A stretch of DNA of 63,424 nt, filler included, from Squatina squatina (Eukaryota): assembly GCA_031763465.1 (NCBI GenBank). It is 4 parts of 4 records of this genome, joined end to end, with 100 filler letters (N's around TTAATTAATTAA, not from the genome) between each part and the next. Parts side by side here need not be neighbours in the genome. Positions count along the whole stretch, not along the records: positions 18,082 to 35,278 come from JARFOE010000046.1; 3 more parts are not named here. The stretch is one strand, 5' to 3'. The notes beneath the pieces were generated by a model. It made no database searches, was not told where the DNA came from, and was given only the letters and a program-made list of their open reading frames with translations. Positions within the stretch are counted from its first letter, which is position 1, and each line of letters opens with the position of its first letter. Of this stretch, positions 25,631-35,378 are shown piece after piece. The position numbers and the translations under genes are program-made.

Positions 25631-26665
25631 GTGATTTCCCCTACCTCGGCTGTCCGTGGCAGGCGAAATCCGCTATGTAGAATGATTTTCCCCTGATGGG
25701 ACTTGTTAAGCCTGCCCCTCGTGTTTCCTGACCAAATGAAGGAAATGGGTCTGATGATGTCATTCAATGCGACGTCATCAGCAGGTTTCCTTAAAGGGAC
25801 CATGCAAAAGTTTAGTTTGACAGTTGTGCTGTCAGTGTTCTACAGCTTTAAGGTGCTGAAAACGCTAACAGAGGTGCACGGCTGCACCCAGGCTCTCCCA
25901 TGACTCCCTCCATATGCTTATGGAGGGAGCCACAGCATGCAGGGAGGTTCTCTTCCCTTTCCATGGGCAGAAGAGACCTTCCCAGGAGACCAACGCAGCC
26001 TGATTGCATATTGCACAGGAGGGCTCAAGCATGGATGTCGTCAGGAAGGCCAGGCTGTGGTGNNNNNNNNNNNNNNNNNNNNNNNNNNNNNNNNNNNNNN
26101 NNNNNNNNNNNNNNNNNNNNNNNNNNNNNNNNNNNNNNNNNNNNNNNNNNNNNNNNNNNNNNAACTGAGCCATGGCTGGCACTTATAGAGAAGCGGGATA
26201 TGGTAAGGAGTAAGGATGAACATACAGTTGTTGTCCCCAAGGGGGTCAATGTCGCCGGTAGCCATTTCACCCACCTGGCGCCCAACAATCTGCAGCACTC
26301 TATTTTCCAGCGCAGACAGTGGTTGGGTGTTGTCTTGTCCCCTGTCTATGTGCTCCTGCTCACTCCTACTGTGAGCCACCTTGGCCTACAAGAGAAAGGA
26401 AATTGTGTGAGTGACTGTGGAACAATGTGTTTGGGTGATGTGCTTGCCATAGTTGAATAGCTGTCATTGTGTGCAAGGTGTGAGATGTGGATGTGAGTGT
26501 TGGCAGGTGGAGATTGTTGGTGGATGAGTGCTGGGGGTGCGGTGCTTTGGGCTGTGTGTGAAGACTATGGTTTAGATGGTGGTACGTAGCATTTGTAGAA
26601 GCATTCACTCACCCTGACCACCCAAGAGAGGTCATTAAAGTTATTCCTGCATTGTGTGTGGATCC
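25630..26665 (-). mobile_element. Harbinger-like remnant(s) (spans a 100-N gap)
   Basis: Minus strand at ~26610-26670 reads PRIHTQCRNNFNDLSWVVR then GTGAGT (end of Myb/SANT-like ORF); the flanks are GC-richer. Confidence 0.5.
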
Positions 26666-26689
26666 TGGGTACCACAGTTCTGCCCTAAT

Positions 26690-27620
26690 AACCTTTTCTA
26701 TTTTTTTTGTCCACTAGTTTTTAGTGATTTTTCTACATGGACGCCAAAATCGCTTTGCTCCTCCACAGTTCCCAGCTATTCACCATTTACATAATACACT
26801 GATCTATCTTTCTTGGGTCAAAAGTGGATAACCTTGCACTTTGCCAACATTGAACTCCATCTGCCACAGTTTTGCCCACTGACTTATTCCATCAATGTCA
26901 CTTTGCAAATTTCTGCTCCCATCTGCACTATTTACTGTGCCACCTAACTTACTGTCATCAGCAAACGTCGATATACGGTTTTCTTTCGTCTAAGTCATTT
27001 ACAAATATAGTGAAAATCTGAAGCCCAGTACAGATATCTAGGGACACCACGAGTCAACAATTTACCTGCTAATTTTTTTTGGGGGTGCATGGCCCCTTTA
27101 ATGGGCTGTGTGCCCCATTCACATTTCCAAGTGTGCACGTTTTTTTCCATTTAAAATCCGCTGAGCCTTCGCAGAACCTCTAAACCGTTGTTTTATTTGG
27201 AGTTTATTGTTTGCGCCCTTTATAAAGGAGGCACATTTGTTAATTTGATTTTGATTGATGACAATGCCATTGGCAATTAAAAGAACAGACACACCCTTAT
27301 CTACCACGTCAGTAAATTCATCAAAAAATGTAACTAGGTTATTTAGACATGGCTTACCCGTTACAAATCTACTCACGCTCTCTGATCAGTTCATATTTGT
27401 CCAAGTGCTCAGTCATACTGTCCTTATTGACAGATTCCAGCAACTTCCCCACAACAGATGTTAGATTAATAAGCCTATAGTTTCTTTCACCCATTTTTAA
27501 TAATGGATTAACATTGGCAATTTTCCAATCCAAGTGACATTTTCTGAATCAAAAAATTTTTGGAAGATTGTGATTAAAGCATCTGCAATTTCCTCATCCA
27601 TTTATTTTAATACCCTAAAG
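26690..27620 (-). mobile_element. Degenerate CR1 RT, interrupted
   Basis: FVTGKPCLNNLVTFFDEFTDVVDKG plus an FADDSKLGG-like segment (actgtcatcagcaaa at ~26951). Confidence 0.75.
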
Positions 27621-28564
27621 AAGGAAGGAACTGTAACATAATTGGTTCATTTTGAAAGTGTTTATCATGTAGAGACCCTTCTGCTGTATATAGGGGTGAC
27701 ATCACAGTCCGGCACCCCCACAATTTCCTGTGATGCACTCCCTCACTTGGATTGCTGGATCACAGAATCAATCCTTTAGTGTGTTAATAGCTTTGACACA
27801 TTGAGGAGTTGAGATGCTTTATTCTCTACACAGAATAATACCAAATCTGCTGTGTATTACAAGCCATGACCTTTAAAATAATTGAGGTGGTTTGCACTAT
27901 ATGTAGGAAACTGAACATTCAGGAATGTGCTATAAGATCGAGACACTTTGGAGATGAAAAATTAAACAGCATTTTTTTTGTCAATCTGTACTTGCCTATA
28001 TGCTAAAGTCAGGAGTGGTGGATTCTGTATCCATTCTCTCACTTTGGTTCATGAATGAAATCAAGACCAAGCAATGATTGCATTTGTCTGGTATGCAGGA
28101 CGTTCTGTGGTAAACACATGAAATATCTGAATCTGGCATGTTGGTGTCCTAATGGACTGAATCACAGAATGACCTGACACAGGTTTGGTCTTGTAATTTC
28201 CCTTCAATAAGTTCCTAATCTATCCAAGCCTAACAAGTGGTGCCATGTTGCTTGCCTGGAAATTGCGAGGAAAAATCAAAGTAATTCCAAACCAATTTTG
28301 TGTAATCTCAAGCTGCTGATTGAGACCAATTTGCCTATCTCTTCACTGGGAAATGATGACTGGCAAAGGGTCAGAAACAGGCAGGAGAAAACTTACCTCA
28401 AAAAAGGAAATGAAAAAAAATCTGCACATTATTTGAATGTACCTACATTGAAAATCCATTAGAGGGTGTTTATTGACCTCAAGACCTGTATTACATGTCT
28501 TGTGGCTTTATGTTGATGTGCTGGTTATCACTTTACAGTCAATGTAGGCTTTATATTTTCACAG

Positions 28565-28700
28565 GTGTTTATCATGAGGTTCTGCCTTTTATTCTGATGG
28601 GGGGTTTGACAGTGTTTTCAGCAATTCTGGTCTTGTTTCTGCCTGAAACATTCAATATTCCTCTCCCAGACACCATTGACCAGATGCAGAAAATCAAGGG
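28565..28700 (+). CDS. SLC22A5: SLC22A4/5-like exon 9 equivalent, 136 nt
   Basis: ttttcacAG...GTAAGT. Peptide [46 protein letters not shown] vs human [46 protein letters not shown]. Confidence 0.93.
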
Positions 28701-29407
28701 GTAAGTGTGTATAGTCTTTATTATTCAATGTTCTTTTCTCAGCTTTCTGCCCTAAACAACAATGCAATGCTTCAACGTAGAAAATGTCCCAAGGTGCTTC
28801 ATAGAGGAGACAAAAGAACAAGCAGCCATCCTTTGTGGGAGGATTAAGAATAGTGATTAAAAGCCCAGGAAAAGAGATGTGTTTTAACTATAGGGAGGGA
28901 GGTACAGAGGTTGGAGGTATTTGGGGAGAGAGTTGTGGGGTGCGAGGGATGGAGAGGAGGTTGTATTTAGATGACCATAGAGCATGGAAGGATAGATTGG
29001 TTTGGAGAAGCTTGAATAGGTACTGTGAAGCTGTGGAGGGAGTTCTAGACAAGGCTGAGAATTTTAACTTCTATCCACTGGGGGACAAAGAGCCAATATA
29101 ATTCAGCAAGGAAGGGAGATTATGGATGAGTGAGGCTCAGTACAGAACAGGGTGTGGATGGCAGAGCTTTAGATGATTTTGAGTTTATGGAAGGTGCAGG
29201 ATGGAAGGCTGGCAAGGAGGGCACTGGAAAAGTTGATACTAGAGCAGACCAAAGTGTGGATAGGGGTTTCGGTGACAGTGAGAATGAGGTNNNNNNNNNN
29301 NNNNNNNNNNNNNNNNNNNNNNNNNNNNNNNNNNNNNNNNNNNNNNNNNNNNNNNNNNNNNNNNNNNNNNNNNNNNNNNNNNNNNNNNNNCAGCAATATG
29401 TATTTAC

Positions 29408-29494
29408 CTTATTTATCCAAATCAACCCCGGAATTACATTAGAATCTATCTGTAATTCCAGCCAAGGTCTCATACGCATTCTTGCCACAGGCAT
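29408..29494 (-). CDS. IRF1: Interferon regulatory factor 1, first coding exon (whole exon 29408-29506, including 12 nt of 5' UTR)
   Basis: [29 protein letters not shown] (87 coding nt), acceptor ttttctcctgcAG, donor AAG|GTAAAT. 'GLIWINK' matches IRF1 rather than IRF2 (GLKWLNK). It is tail-to-tail with SLC22A5, as in human. Confidence 0.92.
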
Positions 29495-29605
29495 ACTTCC
29501 AGAGGTCTGCAGGAGAAAATAAGCAGGATGCTATTATCTGCAATTCGATAAGAACTTTGGCTCAATGTATAAATGCACCCCCTTGGTATAACATTGATCC
29601 ATGCA

Positions 29606-29925
29606 TTCCTGGGAAAATCCCACGTTTGATCTCTGGTCTGTGCCAAGTTAGTTGAGTCTAAATCAGGCCAGTGGCGTTGTACAACTGCCCACTGTCCTTG
29701 GAAGGGGAAAATTCAGCCACACTACTGTTTCTTATTGCCATCTAGAGCTCTCTGTTGGAAAGTCCCCATGTGTTGGGTGCAGAATGAAAACAGCTTCCTT
29801 GTGATGCATTCATAGTCAGAAAGCCTGCCAGCACTCACTGACCCAAGCTCTCAGTGAACCATTATCATTTGGTTGAGGTACCTCTATGGAAGCATATCCC
29901 AGCCTTTAAGAGATCGGGGGAATTT
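29606..29925. promoter_or_regulatory. Cluster of NF-kB-like sites and one TTC-N4-GAA STAT site in IRF1 intron 1
   Basis: TTCCTGGGAA 29606-29615; GGGAAAATCCC 29611-29621; GGGGAAAATTC 29704-29714; GGAAAGTCCCC 29757-29767 (reverse complement of canonical GGGGACTTTCC); GGGGGAATTT 29916-29925. Confidence 0.45.
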
Positions 29926-30255
29926 TTTTAAAAAGACTTTATTTTCGAAATATTCTAAGCAAGTCAGATTTACACAAAAAGTACCGTTGAGGTGTACCTA
30001 TACAGTGTTTGTATTTATTTATTTATACATGGACTATCCGCCACTCTACTACTTGCTTCGCTCGTCTTTGAGAATTTGTTACAGGAGAATTCAACACACA
30101 TTTAAAAGGTTCACTGAGTACGTGTTGTTCCATCACAGAACATATTAAGCCAGCAGGCCGACTACATGCAACGTGAGCCGATAGCACACGGAAAGGGCGG
30201 TGCTTCCTGAATCGTTAATGTTGGGAGTCGGAAGTTAACCCGAAGAGGCACAAAC

Positions 30256-30302
30256 CTCTCGCTCTCTGCCACCGCGTCTCAGCAATGGGTCACTGGCCGG
30301 CG
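30256..30302 (-). other. IRF1: Probable 3' part of IRF1 non-coding exon 1 (truncated by gap)
   Basis: CpG-rich stretch ending in GAG|GTTTGT on the minus strand, ~750 nt upstream of the coding exon in the same contig; IRF1 has an untranslated exon 1. Confidence 0.4.
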
Positions 30303-30402
30303 NNNNNNNNNNNNNNNNNNNNNNNNNNNNNNNNNNNNNNNNNNNNNNNNNNNNNNNNNNNNNNNNNNNNNNNNNNNNNNNNNNNNNNNNNNNNNNNNNN
30401 NN

Positions 30403-30605
30403 AGGGAGGGAATTCCAGAGCTTAGTGCCTAAGCTGCTGAAGGCATGGCCACCAATGGTGGAGTGATTAAAATCGGGATGCACAAGAGGCCAGAATTGGA
30501 GGAGTGCAGAGATCTCGGAGGGTTGTAGGGCTGGGGGAGGTTACAGAGATAGGGAGGAGTGAGGCCATGGAGCGACTATAAAACGAGTTTTAAAATCGAG
30601 GCATT
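30403..30605 (-). mobile_element. L2-clade LINE ORF2 3' fragment
   Basis: Encodes HPDFNHSTIGGHAFSSLGTKLWNSLP. Confidence 0.75.
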
Positions 30606-32482
30606 ACCAAATGTTGCTCACTTGCTTTCCGGCTGCCAGCAAAAACATTGTTGGTAATTGCTTGATACCAGACTAGGAAACCTGTGCTTTCTGATGCAGG
30701 AAATATATGACTTGAAGACCAGTGAGGGGACAGATTTGAGGAGAAAAAGGACAAAAGCTACCGCTGGAGCATAAACAGTCTAAATTTAAATCCTAATTCT
30801 CATTTTAACACTCAGGATAATGTTACGTGAGATGTGAGAAACCTCTTGCTTAAAATGGACGTTGTAACACATTTAAGGGATTATTATGACTACTGATTCA
30901 GTCACCCTATCTCATTTATCTTATGCCTGATTGCAGTAAGTATCCTATTTACTTAAAAAATGATTTGTTTAATATGGTTGGAAGACCATTGGCTGCAGAG
31001 CATTCTTAGCTGGGCAATTCTAACCAGCTTTTTAAGTAAAATCTCTCCATTGACAGGCTTTCCTGAAAGTGGTGTGATGCAGAGGACTGCCAAGAACAAA
31101 GCAGCTTAATATTCTTTAGAGTCCTTGAAAGTTGTGACTATTGCTTTGCATAATGCAATGAGTTGATACTAACAAAAGTTCTGAAAAGCAAATGTCCTTC
31201 AGCTGCCAAACTGAAAGGATAATCATTCGCAACCATATAGCCGTGATGCTTCTGTGCTTCTTTTATACCACTGTGATCTGCTTCACGCTGTTCAAAGAAT
31301 AATGNNNNNNNNNNNNNNNNNNNNNNNNNNNNNNNNNNNNNNNNNNNNNNNNNNNNNNNNNNNNNNNNNNNNNNNNNNNNNNNNNNNNNNNNNNNNNNNN
31401 NNNNAATGTGGGATCATTGACTGTGATCTTGGATCCTACAGTCTGGCATTGTTTCATCCATTGTGCTTTCATCTCTTTGCGTTTGGCATCATTTCCTTCA
31501 ATCTGCTGGCGTCTCCTTCACTCTGCAGTCTTTTGCTTGACTCTGCAGTCACGGGCTGGACTGTTGTGTGAGCACCTCGCCTCTGCACTTCGCGCCTCCA
31601 CAGAGCATTTAGCGCCTCCAGAATGCGCCGCTCCGAAAAAAAACGAAGAAAAGCCGAACTTCACCACGTTATAACACCTTCATGGCCAGGCGCGATGAAG
31701 GCACTAAAAATTTTTGCAACGCCTTCAGAGAGCTTTACCCCCAAGGCCTTCAAGTTCCTATCTAAGTCCTCCTCTCTCGCTGGTTTTCCCTCAATTCTTT
31801 TGGTTCTATTACTGTGCATGTCAACTGTAATTGTAAAGTCCAGCTAGAACACAGTATGCTCATATTTGCTTTCAAAGTTATCTGAGAAAAAGTTGGATTA
31901 TAGTTACTTATCAGTTATCTTATAAAAAGTTGAGTCTGAAAATATTTCAGTTATTTTTCACTGTTCCTAAAAATGGCTTTCCTGGGAGTTTTCATTTTCA
32001 ATAATTTTCTACTGGAAGTGGCAAGACTTCTATTATACTCTAGTTTTTCAACTAGCTGCCCAGGTGTAAAACTAGAGCATAATAGAAGAAAGCATTGATG
32101 GGTGAGTGCCATTCACTATGACACTTTTTTTTTACTTTTGACCGTATTATGAAATGGGTGAAGCAATTATTTAAGATACAAAGTTATTTTTTAAAGTAAA
32201 TTCCGAATGTTTAGTTCAATGCTCATCCATATTCTGATTCCAATGTCTTTTGCCATTGAATTTAAAGGCAATAGCTGTTGCTGCCCAGTGATGCACTGAA
32301 AGAACAAACATTTCTTTCAGTGCACAGTTGAAACAGAATATTACATTATTGTACAGAACAGTGACTGAAGGTCTTGCTGGATAGTGTACACATTCTCCCA
32401 TTGCAGATTTCAACTTCCCCCTCCCTGCGATCAGATTTTGGAAGGTAATCTCACCGATTTTTGTTTTTCCCTTCTGTGACAG

Positions 32483-32703
32483 AATTTTTTAGCTCACTCA
32501 TTGAGAAGATGCAAGCACAGGAAATCTTGAGGAGTCTGCGGCTACTGGAATTAGATGAATTCAGCCAGTTTTTTCGTACCCTTCCTCCACCAACGCTGGT
32601 GGGAATTGCTTCATTTGCAGCTATTGTAGTATACTGGCTAGCTACCAGACCCAAAGCCCTGAAGCCACCCTGCGACCTTTTACAACAGTCAGTGGAAATT
32701 GAG
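32483..32703 (+). CDS. ACSL6: Long-chain acyl-CoA synthetase 6, exon 2 equivalent (221 nt; internal ATG at 32509)
   Basis: cttctgtgacAG...GAG|GTAAGT. Peptide (E)FFSSLIEKMQAQEILRSLRLLELDEFSQFFRTLPPPTLVGIASFAAIVVYWLATRPKALKPPCDLLQQSVEIE vs human ACSL6 EFVLSLLEKMQTQEILRILRLPEL...RPKALQPPCNLLMQSEEVE. Confidence 0.9.
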
Positions 32704-33079
32704 GTAAGTCCTGTCCAAGTCAGCATGGCACCAATAAAACAGATAATATGACACAAACTTGACTTGATTCGATTGTAACCTGAAGTAATAGCTTTGTGTC
32801 TACAGCACTATGGGGTGAGAAAAAAATTGAATTTTGATGCACACTTTTGACTCCATCTTATCATGTTATCACCCCTCTAACAACACTGTAATGGCCTTGA
32901 ACAAAATCACAAACAATAGTCCCTATGATTTTGACCATGGTGCATAATCCCTCCTCATTCTCTTCAACCTCTCTATCACCAGCAACAACAGTTAATCACA
33001 CCGTCATTCTCCAATGATTATTCTCTGTTATCCAGCTTGCTTGGTACCATTCTCACCTGTCCAATTGTAGCCAGAGTAT

Positions 33080-33630
33080 CTACAGAAATATGTTCTCTTC
33101 CCGTCCATGCACTGTCAGCTTGGAAGTCCTCCAAAGATTCATTGTTGGCCCCCTCCTCTTCCTCATCTATATGCTGCTCCTTGGCACAATCCAAAGACAT
33201 GGGGTCATCTTCCACATGTACGCTGACAACACCCAGCTCCAGCTCTTCACAAACTCTCTTGACACTTCCACCATCTCTGTGTTGCCAGAATGCTTGTCTG
33301 ATATCCAGTTCTGGATGAACTGCAATTTCCTCCAGTTAAACATTGGGAAGACAGAATCCATTGTTTTTAGCCCTCTAAAATGCCATTCCCTCTCCCCAGT
33401 CACCGTCACCGGCTGAACCAGACTGTTCACAACCTATTTGACCCTGAGCTGAGCGTCCGATCCCATATCCCATCCACATCTGTAGCATTGCCTGTCTCCG
33501 CTCCTGCTTCAGCCCATCTGCTGTTGAAACCATTATCACCTCCGTGCTCACCCACCTACATTGGCTCCCAGTCCTCTCAACACCCCAGATTCCTACGAGG
33601 CCCAGAGGTGGCACTGTAACCTCCCCCAGC
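33080..33630 (+). mobile_element. L2-clade LINE RT fragment
   Basis: GPLLFLIYMLLLGTIQRHGVIFHMYADNTQLQL...ECLSDIQFWMNCNFLQLNIGKTESIVF (YADD-type motif). Confidence 0.85.
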
Positions 33631-34509
33631 CTGTTATAGCAAACACAGTTAAAAGACAGAGGCAGGGAATTTCCTCAGGAGTATGGAAACCCCTTCGCAC
33701 ATCCGGGGAANNNNNNNNNNNNNNNNNNNNNNNNNNNNNNNNNNNNNNNNNNNNNNNNNNNNNNNNNNNNNNNNNNNNNNNNNNNNNNNNNNNNNNNNNN
33801 NNNNNNNNNNCTGGCAGAGTGCGATGGCCAGCCGTCTAATAGTGCCGATGGGAGACCTGGTGCACTCTGAGGGCTGGGGCTCATTATGTAGGACTGAGGA
33901 TAGAAAGGGAGGGCTTCATTTTAGAATCATAGATGGTTCCAGCACTGAAATGGGTAATTTGGCCCATCAAGTCTGCACCAATATTTTTCTCCGCATGAGC
34001 TATCTACTCTAATCCCATTCTGCTGCCCATTTCCAATATGCTTAAATATTCCTCTTTTTCAAGCAACCATCAAGTTCCCTTTTAAAAGAATTAATGGTCT
34101 CTGCCTCAACAATGGTTCATGATGTAATTATGCCAAACTAGTCATGTTACACAATTAGCATCTCCATGACTGTAAGTGTTGAACTTTTATGGTACTCATT
34201 ACAAGGCACAGTAACAGATGTGTGTAATGAGACCATTTAGCACTCTTCCAAATTTTTCATATGCATCCCTGGAGAGTGAGACTCCCTGCTAGGAACACAA
34301 CGTCGGAAAGTTACCTCTCATACACTAGCTGATCTTCTTCAAATACAGTTGGCCAGTACAGTAGGAAAAGACTCTTTTGGAGGTTGGGTTCTTCTGTTTT
34401 GTAATAGATTCTAATTCTCTGATTGGCCATGAGTAATGTCACAGGAGATCTGTTCGTATTATGAAGTACTGAATGAATTAAATAATTTGAGTGTTGCTTC
34501 TCTGTTTAG

Positions 34510-34574
34510 GTGATGGCCCTTGTTTAGGATTCAGAAAACCCAAACACCCCTATCAATGGCTTTCCTATAAAGAG
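34510..34574 (+). CDS. ACSL6: ACSL6 exon 4 equivalent, 65 nt
   Basis: tctctgtttAG...GAG|GTGAGA. Peptide GDGPCLGFRKPKHPYQWLSYKE vs human GNGPCLGFRKPKQPYQWLSYQE. Confidence 0.92.
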
Positions 34575-35059
34575 GTGAGAACAAACTTGAAAGGACCATC
34601 AGGACAAAATCTTGTGCTTGCACACATTGGTACCTCGTAATAATATTTGTTTAATTTCTTGATTTTAAATGTAGTCCTGATGGTGAGACTCATTTGATTA
34701 TTATTCCCATTGTATAAATAAGAGCTACTGGAAATACTAACTTGCATTTAGCCCTTTATACTGTTGCAGAAAGACATGTATTTGCACAGCACCTGATCAT
34801 GCCACAGAAATATTTTCAAGTGCTTCACAGACAATGAATTGCACTAAAGTGCAGTGTATATAAGTAACATGGCTGCCATTTTGCACTCAGCAAGACACCA
34901 CAAACAGCAATATGATGAATGTTTACTAATTATACGTTTACATGCTTTTAGACGAACAGTAAATCATTTATGTTTAAAATGTTACAATAAAGGAGGAAAA
35001 AACTCAATTAAAATTAATTCAGAAAAGTTAGACAAACCTTGTTAGACAAACTGAGCTAC

Positions 35060-35278
35060 AATTTTGGAATATTAATTTTGCTGACAATATAAAGCAAGAT
35101 GGGAAAGTAAGCTGTGAGGAGGAAGTAAAGAGGTTGCAAAAGGATATTGACCGGTTAAGTGATTGGGCAAGAAGGTGGCAGATGGCGTATAATGTGGGGA
35201 AGTGTGAAATTATCCAGTTTGGTCGGAAGAATAGAAAGGCAGAATTTTTTTAAAAGGTGAGAGACTAGTAATTGTTGG
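35060..35278 (+). mobile_element. CR1 RT fragment
   Basis: FADNIKQDGKVSCEEEVKRLQKDIDRLSDWARRWQMAYNVGKCEIIQFGRKN. Confidence 0.85.
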
Positions 35279-35378
35279 NNNNNNNNNNNNNNNNNNNNNN
35301 NNNNNNNNNNNNNNNNNNNNNNTTAATTAATTAANNNNNNNNNNNNNNNNNNNNNNNNNNNNNNNNNNNNNNNNNNNN
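35279..35378. other. Synthetic scaffolding linker N44-TTAATTAATTAA-N44
   Basis: 12-mer at 35323-35334, flanked by 44 N on each side. Confidence 0.95.

Noticed and set aside
30610-31304. Search for IL-5/GM-CSF-family exons between IRF1 and ACSL6
   Set aside because: A hydrophobic minus-strand frame (VYAPAVAFVLFLL...) lacks an in-frame ATG, and the + strand candidates have stops in all frames.
32704-34509. Apparent loss of ACSL6 exon 3
   Set aside because: A 100-N gap of unknown size (33711-33810) lies between the two exons, so absence is uninformative.
29408-34574. Assignment to the paralogous IRF2/ACSL1/PDLIM3 block
   Set aside because: GLIWINK, the EF..SL.EKMQ.QEILR leader and the linked OCTN exons favour IRF1/ACSL6.
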